In this document: positions 31,987-42,225 of the stretch, one piece after another | How positions within the stretch are numbered: position 1 is the stretch's first letter | Layout of the letters: every line of letters begins with the position of its first letter | Source of the DNA: Chthoniobacteraceae bacterium | GTDB taxonomy: Bacteria > Verrucomicrobiota > Verrucomicrobiia > Chthoniobacterales > Chthoniobacteraceae | Length of the DNA stretch: 64,000 nt | NCBI GenBank assembly: GCA_028293625.1 | Contig: JAQGOL010000030.1 | Coordinates: 542,566 to 606,565, forward strand | Direction: 5' to 3' | Position numbers and translations under genes: made by a program | Notes under the pieces: generated by a model | Told to the model about the DNA's origin: nothing | Seen by the model: only the letters and a program-made list of their open reading frames with translations | Databases searched by the model: none

Positions 31987-33569
31987 CAGTTCAAATTCTG
32001 GTTCTGGGGGGACTGGTTCAAGGGGGACTGGTTCTGGGCGGGCTGGGGGGAGGGAGGGCCGGGGGGCTGTAGGGGTGGCGGAGGAGCGGTGGCCGACGGG
32101 GGATCGGCGAACTCAGTGCCGGCCGGGGGCGCTTCAAGCAACTTCGCGTCTTTTTTCTTTTTCTTCTTTTTGTCGTCCGACTTTTTGTCGTCCGGCTTCT
32201 TTTTTCCACCAAAAATGGCGGAAATCACATTTTCAAATTGATCGCCCAGTTTCTTGCCGATCATTTTTTCCGCCAGATCGGTTTTGGGACGGTCAACCTT
32301 GCCGCTGATCTTGAATGGCACCACGGGGAGCCCGTCGGAATCAGTTTCACTCAGGGTGTTGCGGACAACATTTGGCAGCTTGTTGGCAAGGGTCTCATTA
32401 ACAGCGAGGCGCGCATCGAGGATGACCTTGCCATCAAAACGAATCACACCCTGCGCCGTGAGCTTCAGGTCGAAGGCCTCAAGCAGGAACGAATCGACGT
32501 AGGCTTTTTCGCTGCCGATATGGAAATCGGCGTTGGCCCGGTTCAGGCGCAGGTTGGCCAGTTCTTCAATTTGCAGGATCTGACCGATGGTTTGAAAAAA
32601 CTCAAGCTGTCTGAACTGTCCGTTGGCGAGGCTGATCTGCCCCTTCCCTTCCGCCCGCGCAATCTGGCGGGAATTGCCGTGCACATCCATTGAGCCGGCC
32701 AGGATCCCCGCCGCCTGGCCTGGCGCCCATCCCGCCTCGCTGCTCAAACGGGCGGCGTCAACTTTCTCGAACTTTACGCCGGCGATAAAGGGCGAAGCTT
32801 TTTCCTGGGTTTTTAAATTAAAATTGCCTGCAAGCGAACCGCCCGCGACCAGGGCATGCAGATCAGGAAGGGTCAGCTCACCACCGGCATAGGTAAACGG
32901 CGAACGCACATTTTCGAAAAAGAAGAGATCGCCGTAATTGAGCTTGCCCACGGTGATAGTCCCTTCGATGCGCTCGGACGTCATCATGCTGTAATCCATT
33001 TCCACGTCGTTGAGGAGTGCCACCCGCTTTTTGTCCCGGTCGAAAAGCTCCACGGTGCCGTTGTGCACTTTAAATCCATTAAGGGAGACCTCGATTCCCT
33101 CCTTTTTTGCCTTGGCCGCCTTGGTCTCCTTGTCAGTTTTTTTCTCGGCGGCATTGGCGGGCGCTTTGGCCAGCGTGGGGAGCACCCATTTGCCCGCTTC
33201 ATTTTGCGCCCAGACGATTTTGGGGCTCTCGATCTGCATTTCGTAAATGACGAGCTGGCGTCGAAGGAACGGAAGGAGCCGATACCGGGCACTGAAGCTG
33301 GAGGCTTCAAGGAAATTATCGCCTGAGTTGCTTGGGATCGTAATGCCATTGATGCGCAGATCGCTCCAGGGCGAGAGGCTCGAGTTGGTGATAGTCAGGG
33401 GAAGCTTAAGCGCCTTGCTCAGTTCCTCCTGGATACGCGCCTGAGTCCCTGGCGACTGGACGTAAAGATTGATGGCAATGATCAGGACCACGACTATTGC
33501 GGCAAGCCCTGCGAGGGCGATGAGAATAGCCTTGGAAATGCGGTTCACGCGGCCGAAGTTACGCCCCAA
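31986..33569 (-). CDS. AsmA-like envelope protein with Lys- and Pro/Gln-rich C-terminal tail
   Basis: N-terminal TM AILIALAGLAAIVVVLIIAINL and a long beta-rich body typical of AsmA/DUF748-type proteins. Tail KKKPDDKKSDDKKKKKKKD...PPPPLQPPGPPSPQPAQNQSPLNQSPQNQ. Start is TTG 33569 or GTG 33548. Confidence 0.5.
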   Translation of the reverse strand: MGRNFGRVNRISKAILIALAGLAAIVVVLIIAINLYVQSPGTQARIQEELSKALKLPLTITNSSLSPWSDLRINGITIPSNSGDNFLEASSFSARYRLLPFLRRQLVIYEMQIESPKIVWAQNEAGKWVLPTLAKAPANAAEKKTDKETKAAKAKKEGIEVSLNGFKVHNGTVELFDRDKKRVALLNDVEMDYSMMTSERIEGTITVGKLNYGDLFFFENVRSPFTYAGGELTLPDLHALVAGGSLAGNFNLKTQEKASPFIAGVKFEKVDAARLSSEAGWAPGQAAGILAGSMDVHGNSRQIARAEGKGQISLANGQFRQLEFFQTIGQILQIEELANLRLNRANADFHIGSEKAYVDSFLLEAFDLKLTAQGVIRFDGKVILDARLAVNETLANKLPNVVRNTLSETDSDGLPVVPFKISGKVDRPKTDLAEKMIGKKLGDQFENVISAIFGGKKKPDDKKSDDKKKKKKKDAKLLEAPPAGTEFADPPSATAPPPPLQPPGPPSPQPAQNQSPLNQSPQNQNLN

Positions 33570-33602
33570 CCCTTGAAAGAAAAGGCCGAATCGCCCACCG
33601 CA

Positions 33603-34466
33603 ATGGAGGAAATCCTAGTCATCTTCAACCCGGCCGCACGCGGCGACAAAGCAAAGCGCGCATTGGAGCGAATCAAACGACTACCGGGCTGCAAACTGGA
33701 ACCAACCGCTGCGGCTGGCGATGCGCGCACCATTGCCAAACAAGCGGTCACACAAGGCTGCCGCACAATCGTCGCGGCCGGCGGTGACGGCACCATCAAC
33801 GATGTCGTTAACGGGATCGCCGGAGCGAATGTGAATCTGGGAATCCTTCCGGTCGGCACCATGAATGTGTTCGCCGCCGAGCTCGGATTGCCAAACGACC
33901 TCGGCAAGGCATGGAAAGTGATTCAAAAAGGGCATACCCGGCGCATCGATCTTGGGCGCGCCAACAAAACGTACTTTGTGCAGCTGGCCGGAGTGGGGCT
34001 CGATGCGCAGGTGGTTGAGGAGACGACATGGGAATCGAAAAAGAGTTTCGGCCCGTTTAGTTACCTGATCTCAGCCGCTCAAATTGCCGCGCGCAAACCG
34101 CCCAAGCTGATTGCCGAAGCGGAAGGTAAAACCCACGAAGGCTCTTTTGTGCTTGTTGGAAACGGCCGCTACTATGGCGGTCCCCTCGCCTTTTTCAAAG
34201 ATGCCAGGATCGACGATGGCAAACTCGATGTGCTGATTTTCAAGAATCTCGGTTACCTCGATCTGGCGCGTTATATCGCTACCATCATTATGGGCCGCCA
34301 CACGGATCTGAGTGATGTGACCTATTTTCAGACCTCTCATGTGAGGGTGAGCAGCGATGAGGAAGTGCCGGTGGAAGTCGACGGCGAAGTTGTCGGCAGG
34401 CTTCCCGTCGACTTCCGGATTTCGTCGAGAAAACTGCGGGTTCTGGTGCCGGAGCCACCGGCTTAG
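33603..34466 (+). CDS. diacylglycerol/lipid kinase family protein (YegS/BmrU-like)
   Basis: ILVIFNPAARGDKA..., AAGGDGTINDVVNGI, LGILPVGTMNVFA. ATG 33603 preferred over the track TTG 33573. Confidence 0.85.
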   Translation: MEEILVIFNPAARGDKAKRALERIKRLPGCKLEPTAAAGDARTIAKQAVTQGCRTIVAAGGDGTINDVVNGIAGANVNLGILPVGTMNVFAAELGLPNDLGKAWKVIQKGHTRRIDLGRANKTYFVQLAGVGLDAQVVEETTWESKKSFGPFSYLISAAQIAARKPPKLIAEAEGKTHEGSFVLVGNGRYYGGPLAFFKDARIDDGKLDVLIFKNLGYLDLARYIATIIMGRHTDLSDVTYFQTSHVRVSSDEEVPVEVDGEVVGRLPVDFRISSRKLRVLVPEPPA

Positions 34467-34587
34467 AAAAAGACGGTGCGGAATCTCAAATAATCGGCTG
34501 CCGGCGGTCCATGTATCCCCCGAGGCGCGATCCCTTGGCGGTTGGAATTTTACAACTTCCTGGCGTCCAATTATTATAGAGTGCCCT

Positions 34588-35454
34588 ATGCGTCCCTTCC
34601 GTCAACAGATGCGGCCCCCGGCTCGGAGGTGGCACGCTGAAGCGCCGCCGGCAACCGCCGCATTGATTGCAGCACAAGCCGCGGTGTTCGCTCTCCAGAC
34701 TCTCTGTGAATTGCTGGGGCCGGAGCCGGCATCGCAGACAACCGCCTGGGTCTCCCAATGGCTTGCACTCAGCGGCATGGGCATCGACGCGGGCCGTTAT
34801 TGGGAGCTTTTAAGTTATTCCTGGATCCATCCTGGTCCGTTGCCGATCCACATGTTTGCCAATGTCATCGTGCTCTTTTATGCCGGACGCGAAGTGGAGC
34901 CAATTTTGGGGTCGCGCCATCTTTTTGGAATCTATGTGCTGGGTAATTTGATGGGGGGAATCCTGCAGTGGCTCACAATGCCGGATGTCGTGTTAATGGG
35001 CGCTTCCGCCGGGTCGGCCGCCGTGCTTACGGCCTTTTCGACGATCCTGCCTGAGCTGGAAGTGACCTCCGATCGATTTGCCTTTGGCGATGTGCGCTTG
35101 AAATCAAAGCACCTGGCTCTGGCCCTGGTATTGGCCGCCGGGCTTCTCTGGTTTTTTGCGGTCGGCTCCTCCATCGGTCCCGCGGCCATCATCGCCGGCG
35201 TGCTTCTGGGATGGGTCTATGTTGAACTGCTCGGGTTCGGCGCGCCACCGGCCATTCAGCGTTACTTTTTCGAGAAACGCCGGCGCGAAACGCGGCTTAA
35301 GCAGATGAGCACGGATGAATTTATCCATGTTGAGATCGATCCCATCCTTGAAAAAATTTCCCGCAAAGGATTGCGAAGCCTGACACGGACTGAGCGGAAA
35401 ATTCTCGAAAGCGGTCGCGAAAAGCTCGGACAGGACGAAGCGACGGAACGATGA
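34588..35454 (+). CDS. rhomboid-family intramembrane serine protease
   Basis: WIHPGPLPIHMFANVIVLFYAGREVE and GASAGSAAVLTAF (GxSxG in a TM helix), with multiple TM segments. ATG 34588 avoids overlap with the kinase gene. Confidence 0.75.
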   Translation: MRPFRQQMRPPARRWHAEAPPATAALIAAQAAVFALQTLCELLGPEPASQTTAWVSQWLALSGMGIDAGRYWELLSYSWIHPGPLPIHMFANVIVLFYAGREVEPILGSRHLFGIYVLGNLMGGILQWLTMPDVVLMGASAGSAAVLTAFSTILPELEVTSDRFAFGDVRLKSKHLALALVLAAGLLWFFAVGSSIGPAAIIAGVLLGWVYVELLGFGAPPAIQRYFFEKRRRETRLKQMSTDEFIHVEIDPILEKISRKGLRSLTRTERKILESGREKLGQDEATER

Positions 35455-35499
35455 AGAGCTTGCGATGGAGGGTGAAGAAACGCAAAACACGCGTTGCTT

Positions 35500-37422
35500 A
35501 TGAAAGTGCTGCCCCGTGTTTTTGCGCTCCTTTTTGTTTTTGCAATCAACTCTCTTGCGGCCCCACCGCCGCCTCCTCTTCAGGCCGCCAATCTTAAGGT
35601 CGAAGTCGATGCACGGGAAATCTCGCGCTCTTTGATCCATGCCCGCCTTGAAATCCCTGCCACGCCGGGGGATTTTATTCTTTGGTATCCAAAATGGATC
35701 CCTGGAATCCATGCCCCAGGCGGACCGGTGCAGAATCTTGCGGGATTGCGTTTTGAGACCGCGGAAGGCGAAGCGATTGTCTGGCGGCGCGACGATGAAG
35801 AGACGCACCGATTTCATCTTGCGGTACCGGCCGGGGCGGACCGTGTGATCGCAAAGCTCGATTACATCTGCAACCAGCCCAACGTCAACTCGAGCGGTGT
35901 CGATAGCTTCGGCAACTCGCTCCTCGGTGTAATCAACTGGAACACGGTCCTTTTATATCCGGAAACAGCTTCCATCGATACCGCCATGGCCACTGTGCGC
36001 GTGCAACTTCCCGCCGGTTGGAAGTTCGGCACGGCACTCAAACCGACACCGGGCGAGGAGAAATCAGCCTGCGTCGAATTCGCGCCCGAATCGCTGCGGC
36101 GAGTGGTCGACTGCCCTCTCATTTGCGGTGAAAACTTTCGCACGATTGAAATCACGGGGAAGAACACGCCCCCCGCGTTTTTGCATCTCACAAGCGAATC
36201 GGCGAGCGCGATCCAGATCAACGACGCCCTCATTGGCCAATACCGGAAACTGGTGGCTGAGAGCGTTGCGTTATTTGGCGGCGCGCGCTGGGAGAGCTAC
36301 CATTTCCTGGTTGTTTGCAGCGACACAGTACCGCACAACGGCCTTGAGCATCTCTCAAGCAGCTTCAATGCGGTCAGCGAGCGGGAACTCATTGACGATA
36401 AAAAACGCAAACTCTGGCCTTCCTATCTTTTGCCGCATGAATTTGTTCATTCGTGGTGCGGCAAATTCCGCCGGCCCGCTACGATGCTGACAACGAGTTT
36501 TCATCAGCCAGAACGCACCCGGCTCCTTTGGGTGTACGAAGGACTCACGCAATATCTGGGCGAAGTGCTGACAGTCCGCTCCGGCCTGCTGAGTTTTGAG
36601 GAAAACCTGCCTGCGCTTGCTGCCAAACTCGATTTCCTCATGCAGATTGAAGGCCGGAAATGGCGCTCGCTCGACGATACGGCGGCGGCAAGCTGGCTCA
36701 ACCGCGCCCACAGTGTTTCGTGGGGACAACTGCGGCGCAGCCAGGATTATTATAACGAGGGGCTGCTTGTCTGGCTTGAAGCCGATGCGCTCATCCGGGA
36801 ACGCTCCGGAGGCCGCGCATCGCTTGATCAATTCTGCAAAAAGTTCTTCTCGGCCGATCGCCCAAAACAACCTTCGGTTGTCCCGTATGACCTCAACGAA
36901 ATCATCGCGGACTTGAAAGAAATCGCCGACGAGGACTGGGAGAAATTTTTCGCGGATCGCGTGGCGCGTCCCAACGCCGTGCTGGGGCTTGATTTCCTTC
37001 CAAAAACGCTCGGCTACCGGCTCCAGTTCAGCGCTAAACAAAATGATTACCTAAAGGAGGTCGAGAAATCCCGCAAACTCGTCAACGCGAGCACTTCGAT
37101 CGGGCTTTCCACCTCCGAGGAAGGGAAAATCACCAGCGTCGTACCGGGATCCGCGGCCGACAAAGCCGCATTGGCGGGCGGCATGACCATCAGCGGCGTC
37201 AATGGCCGCAAATTCAGCGGGCAACGACTCACAGACGGGATCGCCGACAGTGTGAGCGCGCGCAAGATTGAGCTCCTGATTCTTGATGGCGAAACATTCC
37301 GCACTGTGACCCTCAATTATGGCGACGGCCCTAAGTTTTTGGAGCTGATCCGGACGTCGGATCATCCCGACACATTGGCGGCAATCCTGAAACCCGTGAT
37401 AAAGGACGAAGAGAAAAAATAA
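35500..37422 (+). CDS. M61 family glycyl aminopeptidase with C-terminal PDZ domain
   Basis: Signal peptide MKVLPRVFALLFVFAINSLAA, HEFVHSWCGKFRRPA (the M61 HExxH context) and a C-terminal PDZ-like SVVPGSAADKAALAGGMTISGVNG. Confidence 0.85.
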   Translation: MKVLPRVFALLFVFAINSLAAPPPPPLQAANLKVEVDAREISRSLIHARLEIPATPGDFILWYPKWIPGIHAPGGPVQNLAGLRFETAEGEAIVWRRDDEETHRFHLAVPAGADRVIAKLDYICNQPNVNSSGVDSFGNSLLGVINWNTVLLYPETASIDTAMATVRVQLPAGWKFGTALKPTPGEEKSACVEFAPESLRRVVDCPLICGENFRTIEITGKNTPPAFLHLTSESASAIQINDALIGQYRKLVAESVALFGGARWESYHFLVVCSDTVPHNGLEHLSSSFNAVSERELIDDKKRKLWPSYLLPHEFVHSWCGKFRRPATMLTTSFHQPERTRLLWVYEGLTQYLGEVLTVRSGLLSFEENLPALAAKLDFLMQIEGRKWRSLDDTAAASWLNRAHSVSWGQLRRSQDYYNEGLLVWLEADALIRERSGGRASLDQFCKKFFSADRPKQPSVVPYDLNEIIADLKEIADEDWEKFFADRVARPNAVLGLDFLPKTLGYRLQFSAKQNDYLKEVEKSRKLVNASTSIGLSTSEEGKITSVVPGSAADKAALAGGMTISGVNGRKFSGQRLTDGIADSVSARKIELLILDGETFRTVTLNYGDGPKFLELIRTSDHPDTLAAILKPVIKDEEKK

Positions 37423-37495
37423 GCGCCGCTTTGCAACGAGTAAAACTCTACGCAAAACTTGACCCTACGGCAGGCCACGGTTGAACTCTCTGGCG

Positions 37496-38146
37496 ATGAA
37501 ATTAACCACTCCTTTTCTCGCACTCTTCCTTGGGATCGCTTCTTTGGCGCCAGCCAGCGAAGCGACGCCGATCAACGCCGACGCGGCGCTCAAAAAGTTA
37601 AAAGCCGGGAATCAGCGCTACCTGAGCGGGCATGCGATCCATCCCGACCAATCCTTTTCCCGGCGTGCGGAAGTGGCCAAAACCCAGCATCCATTTGCCG
37701 TCATTCTTGATTGCTCGGATTCGCGGCTCTCGCCTGAGATTATTTTTGACCAGGGCCTTGGCGATCTCTTTGTGGTGCGTGTGGCGGGAAACGTGATCGA
37801 TGATCACGCGCTGGGGAGTATTGAATACGCGGTCGAACATCTGGGCGCCTCGGTTGTTATGGTGCTTGGACATCAACGCTGCGGCGCGGTCAAAGCGACA
37901 GTCGACGCCGGCGCGGTCGAGGGTCATATCAAAAGCATCGTCAAATCGATTCAGCCTGCCGTGAACAAGATCAAGGGCCAGTCCGGCGATGCCGTTGATA
38001 ATGCGGTGCGCGAAAACGCGCGCGAAGTGGCCGAACAGCTGCGCAATTCCAAGCCGGTTGTCGCGCATTGGATTCATGAAAAACACGGCAAGGTCGTCCC
38101 GGCCTATTACAGCCTTGATAGCGGCAAAGTGATCAGCCTGGATTAA
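37496..38146 (+). CDS. beta-class carbonic anhydrase (exported)
   Basis: Signal peptide MKLTTPFLALFLGIASLAPASEA. Motifs CSDSRLSPE, VVRVAGNV and GHQRCGAV. Confidence 0.88.
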   Translation: MKLTTPFLALFLGIASLAPASEATPINADAALKKLKAGNQRYLSGHAIHPDQSFSRRAEVAKTQHPFAVILDCSDSRLSPEIIFDQGLGDLFVVRVAGNVIDDHALGSIEYAVEHLGASVVMVLGHQRCGAVKATVDAGAVEGHIKSIVKSIQPAVNKIKGQSGDAVDNAVRENAREVAEQLRNSKPVVAHWIHEKHGKVVPAYYSLDSGKVISLD

Positions 38147-38149
38147 CCG

Positions 38150-38527
38150 TTACACGGCGCGCTGAACATATTCCACCAAGGTTCGAATATGTGCTTTTTC
38201 AGATAAACTGCTGCTGCGCGACTCGCCAAATTCGAGCAGCGTGAGCATTGTATTGGAGAGCTGCAAAGTTTGCCGCACGCTGCCTTTGGTTCCATCGAGT
38301 GAAGCAAGCGCTGGCAGACCGGCAATTGCCCGCACCTCCGGGTAATTGTGACAGAGCCACTCAATAAACGCGTTTTGGCTCAATTTTGAATTCGGCGAGG
38401 GACAACCGTTGGCGATGCAAAGCCGCAGGATCGCCTGGCTGATACGGGCGTAATGACTTAGTGCTTCAATCGAAAAAGGCCTGTCATCGTCGGGTCGGGA
38501 GGAACTGTGTTTGGAACCATTCGCCAT
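38150..38527 (-). CDS. hypothetical protein
   Basis: ATG 38527 avoids overlap with the FadL-like gene. PFSIEALSHYARISQAILRLCIANGCP could be an HTH. No family recognised. Confidence 0.4.
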   Translation of the reverse strand: MANGSKHSSSRPDDDRPFSIEALSHYARISQAILRLCIANGCPSPNSKLSQNAFIEWLCHNYPEVRAIAGLPALASLDGTKGSVRQTLQLSNTMLTLLEFGESRSSSLSEKAHIRTLVEYVQRAV

Positions 38528-38636
38528 AAATTGCTTCCAAGCAGAGGGCACGCCCGAAGGTGCCAATTCAAGAAAATACCTTGGCAAAAACGCAAATTGA
38601 CGCAGCCGGTTTTTGCGGTGCGGAAGCGCCGGTTTG

Positions 38637-39839
38637 TTAGAAGTGATAACCGGCTGAGAACATAAGTGCGTTGCTGTGTAGACGCCATTTCCCATCCGCC
38701 GGGCCGTTGTTGGCGATCGTGCGGAAATCGCTCACCGAGTATTGATAACCAAAGTCCCAATCCCAATGAATGCCCCGGCCGCCAATCCCGGCGCTTAAAA
38801 CATGCCGGTCGCCATCGGGGATCCCGGGCGTGAATGTCGCGTCGGGGGCATTGTTTTCGGCATACGCATAACCGCCACTGACCCGGAACCCATTGGAAAA
38901 GGTGCGAGTGACACCGAATTCGTAGATGAATCCGGATTCATAATTAAAATCGAGGCCGCCCGGCGCGGAGAACTGTTGTTTAAGCGGCGCGGAATTGAGG
39001 CTATCCCAATCGGTCCAATCGATATCGACCTCCAGGTTCCATTGCGGGGTGGGACGAAACGAATAACCGGCCACGATGAACTGAGGGAGATGCACCGAGA
39101 GAGTCGCGTCCTCCTGCGGGAGCCGCAGCTTGCGATTGCTGCCGGGAAATGGCTTCACGGTGACCTGGGAATGTCCGCTAAAATCAAAATCAAGCGGGCC
39201 ATGGTAGGTCAAGCCGAAGGAGTGCTGCGGCAATGGCTTCCATAAAACGCCGACATTAAACCCATAGGTGGTGTTGTCGCCCTGGAAACGGAACCCGTCG
39301 CCCGGGACGGCGATGCCGCGGACATCCTGCGCCTCTCCATAGTTGATCGTCGGGCCGGCACCGATGGAAAGGGTCGGTGTCAGTTGCCAGGCTGCCACGG
39401 GTGCGAATGCAATCACCACCAATTTCGCGGTTTTGTTCTTATTACGCGACGGGATCTTGTCGTCGTATGCGATGGAAAGCCCAAATGGCGTATCGACACC
39501 GAGTCCAAGGGAAAGCCGCGTATCTGCCGGCGACCAGGTGTAATAAAAATTGGGCACATTGATGACGCGCTCCTTGTTTCCAAAAGAACCGCCGGTATCG
39601 GGCCGGTATTCAACGTCAAGCGTCACCGCATAATCGCCCAGACGCACCTGGGCACCTTCAAGCTGCGTAATACCAGCCGGATTATAGAAAATAGCGGATG
39701 GATTATCAGCCGTGGCGACAAACGCATCAGCGCGTGCTGTTGCCGCGGCATCCTGATGCGGGATCCGCACACCGGAGGCATGCACGGCGGTGGCGGTTGC
39801 TGAAAGGATGAGCAGGGAAAAAATGCAGCGTGTTCTCAT
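38637..39839 (-). CDS. outer-membrane transport protein, OMPP1/FadL/TodX family
   Basis: Signal peptide MRTRCIFSLLILSATATAVHA, an alternating beta-strand pattern, N-terminal NPAGI motif and C-terminal aromatic ...MFSAGYHF. Confidence 0.8.
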   Translation of the reverse strand: MRTRCIFSLLILSATATAVHASGVRIPHQDAAATARADAFVATADNPSAIFYNPAGITQLEGAQVRLGDYAVTLDVEYRPDTGGSFGNKERVINVPNFYYTWSPADTRLSLGLGVDTPFGLSIAYDDKIPSRNKNKTAKLVVIAFAPVAAWQLTPTLSIGAGPTINYGEAQDVRGIAVPGDGFRFQGDNTTYGFNVGVLWKPLPQHSFGLTYHGPLDFDFSGHSQVTVKPFPGSNRKLRLPQEDATLSVHLPQFIVAGYSFRPTPQWNLEVDIDWTDWDSLNSAPLKQQFSAPGGLDFNYESGFIYEFGVTRTFSNGFRVSGGYAYAENNAPDATFTPGIPDGDRHVLSAGIGGRGIHWDWDFGYQYSVSDFRTIANNGPADGKWRLHSNALMFSAGYHF

Positions 39840-39940
39840 GGGGCGGTACTACCGACGATTATGCGAGCGGCCTCCTTCCATCAATGCAGAACCGCCGGGA
39901 ATGAGAGTGAAGCTGGAGGGTGGCAGCCATCGCCCCGCTC

Positions 39941-41980
39941 TTATGGCTCCAAAGCACTTACGATGCGGTAAAACCGTTGACGTCCGGGATTACTTCCAGT
40001 CCGGATCGCCATCGCGTCGAACGCCCGGGTAAGTCCGCCGGGTTCATCGGTAAATGGGAGGGCCAGATCGGGCGTCGACTGTAGTTTATAAAAGAGGCCA
40101 CGCCTGGTGGTGCAGCGAATCTCCAATTCTCCGGCGCTCAGGAACCGCAAACTCAAATCCGGCGGCGCACTCAACACGGAGCCGTCAAAATATTGCCGCG
40201 CAAGCGCCCAAACACTCCGGCCACATTCTGCTCCAACGCGGCGGCCGGTGAGATCGTCGACGGGCACATGGATGCCGCCCCAGAGACGGGAAAGGCCGGC
40301 TTGATCCGCCGCATCAAAATAGGTTGCCCATTGCAATTGCACCGTCGCACTTGGCCCGTCTTCAAATGTCAACCCACTGCCCGCCGCAGCCGTATAAAGG
40401 CCAATGCCGCCCGGGAAAAATGGCGACCCGGTGATCGCGGCGAGCACTTCGGCCGCGGACCGGCTGAACGTGCTGTGCCCGGAAACATAACCGGGAAAAG
40501 CCGGTGTCACGAAGGTCTCTTTTTGATACGGCAACCATCTCACCGCCTCGATCCAGCGCACGCCGCTATGCTGGGTCAGACTATCCGGCGGCTGTCCCGG
40601 CCAGGCAAGAATGGCAATTGAATCGACAGGCAGCCCCGCATGGCGCTGGCCGGTTTGCGCGGTCGTCTCGGTGACCTGTTCGATCAATCCCGGCACAAGC
40701 GGCAATCCATTCAGGTGATAACGCGGACCGGCCGGAAAACTCGATTGTCCCAGGCCGGCCATATATCGGATGAATGTGATTGGCCGCCCTCCCTCGTAAT
40801 AGCGTTTGAGCGACCATGCCGCGCACGCCGCTTCGTGCAGCGAGGCGTTCAAGGCGAAATAAAGCTTCACGTCCCATTCCAGGTCATCAAGCACCGGCCC
40901 GGAACCGCCGAGGCGTTTGCCAAATGAAGGATGATCGCCGACCGCGTTGGCGATGGTATTCCAATGGCCGGGAGGCGTTTCCGAATTTGGGCCATCGGCC
41001 CAGAACTCCGAGAGGACCCGGGCGAAATCGCCGCGCCTGACGACATTCGCCGGATACGGCAGGTTGGTGGCCGGATTGATCGGACGGCCGATCCCATCGT
41101 TCATGCCAAGCGTATTGTTGCCGATCGACCCCGGCGAGATATCGATCATGACCCCATCGTCGGGGGTTAACTCGCTGCTGCGCCGAATGATTTCAAGCAC
41201 GTCGCTACGAAACTGCGCATCGCCCGCCCCGCCAAGCCTTGGCTGGGGACCCGGATCAATCCAGGGAAACGCGGCGTCGGCGCGGCCCAGCACAAACGGC
41301 CGAACCCCGAGCCATTGCGAGCCGAGATAAGTTTGCGTGGAAGGAATCGGGTTGCCGTTTTGATCCAATGCATTGTCGACGGTCAGCCGCTGCCAGCGAT
41401 TTACATCGGCCACCGTCGTGCCCGGCAACTTTGTCACGAGCGGGCTGTTAATCGGCACATAGCCGCCTTGATTGACAGGGTAATCCGCGTAGCTCTGCGC
41501 CTGGCGCGCTCCGTCACTGAGAAACCAACCTGAGACGCTTGCGGCGACGCTGTTCCCCACGCCGGCCGGTGTCGCAAGATCGATGCTCGTGTTGTTTTTG
41601 TCGTAACCGAGCACTCCCATCTCGGCGTCCAGGTCGAGTCGGGTGGCCGTGGGATTAAGGGAAAGCGCATAACGTTCTCTCAGAACCCGATACGCCGCGT
41701 AACTGATCGCTTCCCGCCGCGCTGCAGCCAGATCAGTCGCGTGATGTTTGCCGCGGTAAACATATCCGACTGCAACTGGATCGTATGCGGCCCACGCGTC
41801 ATACATCGCCACCGAAAGAGTGAAAAGGTTGCGCGCCTGCACCGGTGGATGCGGCCGGTCAATGCGGATGGCCGCCAGATTTTTTTCATTCCAGATCCGC
41901 GCGATGCTTTGGAGTGCCAGCGCCTGATTTCCCAAGGCACTGCAGATCATTGCAAGCGTTACCAATCGGAGCGTTTTCAT
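39941..41980 (-). CDS. secreted PAP2-superfamily / vanadium-haloperoxidase-like protein
   Basis: Signal peptide MKTLRLVTLAMICSALGNQALA. Acid-phosphatase/haloperoxidase motifs LKRYYEGGRP, PGYVSGHSTFS and SRLWGGIHVPVDD. ATG 41980 preferred over the track TTG 41989. Confidence 0.7.
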   Translation of the reverse strand: MKTLRLVTLAMICSALGNQALALQSIARIWNEKNLAAIRIDRPHPPVQARNLFTLSVAMYDAWAAYDPVAVGYVYRGKHHATDLAAARREAISYAAYRVLRERYALSLNPTATRLDLDAEMGVLGYDKNNTSIDLATPAGVGNSVAASVSGWFLSDGARQAQSYADYPVNQGGYVPINSPLVTKLPGTTVADVNRWQRLTVDNALDQNGNPIPSTQTYLGSQWLGVRPFVLGRADAAFPWIDPGPQPRLGGAGDAQFRSDVLEIIRRSSELTPDDGVMIDISPGSIGNNTLGMNDGIGRPINPATNLPYPANVVRRGDFARVLSEFWADGPNSETPPGHWNTIANAVGDHPSFGKRLGGSGPVLDDLEWDVKLYFALNASLHEAACAAWSLKRYYEGGRPITFIRYMAGLGQSSFPAGPRYHLNGLPLVPGLIEQVTETTAQTGQRHAGLPVDSIAILAWPGQPPDSLTQHSGVRWIEAVRWLPYQKETFVTPAFPGYVSGHSTFSRSAAEVLAAITGSPFFPGGIGLYTAAAGSGLTFEDGPSATVQLQWATYFDAADQAGLSRLWGGIHVPVDDLTGRRVGAECGRSVWALARQYFDGSVLSAPPDLSLRFLSAGELEIRCTTRRGLFYKLQSTPDLALPFTDEPGGLTRAFDAMAIRTGSNPGRQRFYRIVSALEP

Positions 41981-42225
41981 GGGGAACAAATCTTTTAAAA
42001 GGAGCCAGGGGGAATGTCAGCGGCCGCAGCGTAGCTGCCGCGATCATGGGTGCGGTAAATCCGGCATTCGTAATTTAACAGAAACTGCGTGTGAAAATAT
42101 TTGGTGTTTCCCATTTTTTGACATTTTATTATTTATTGTTTACTCGGTTTGGCGCGATTTAAGAAAATCGTTTTTTCTGGCGCGGCACCGGGGCGGCACT
42201 TAGAAACGACGTCCCTTTTTTGCCT

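Noticed and set aside
42117-42150. TTGACA box in the AT-rich region upstream of hisG as a promoter
   Set aside because: A good -35 hexamer is present, but I could not find a convincing -10 element at 16-18 nt spacing. That is too weak to report as a feature.
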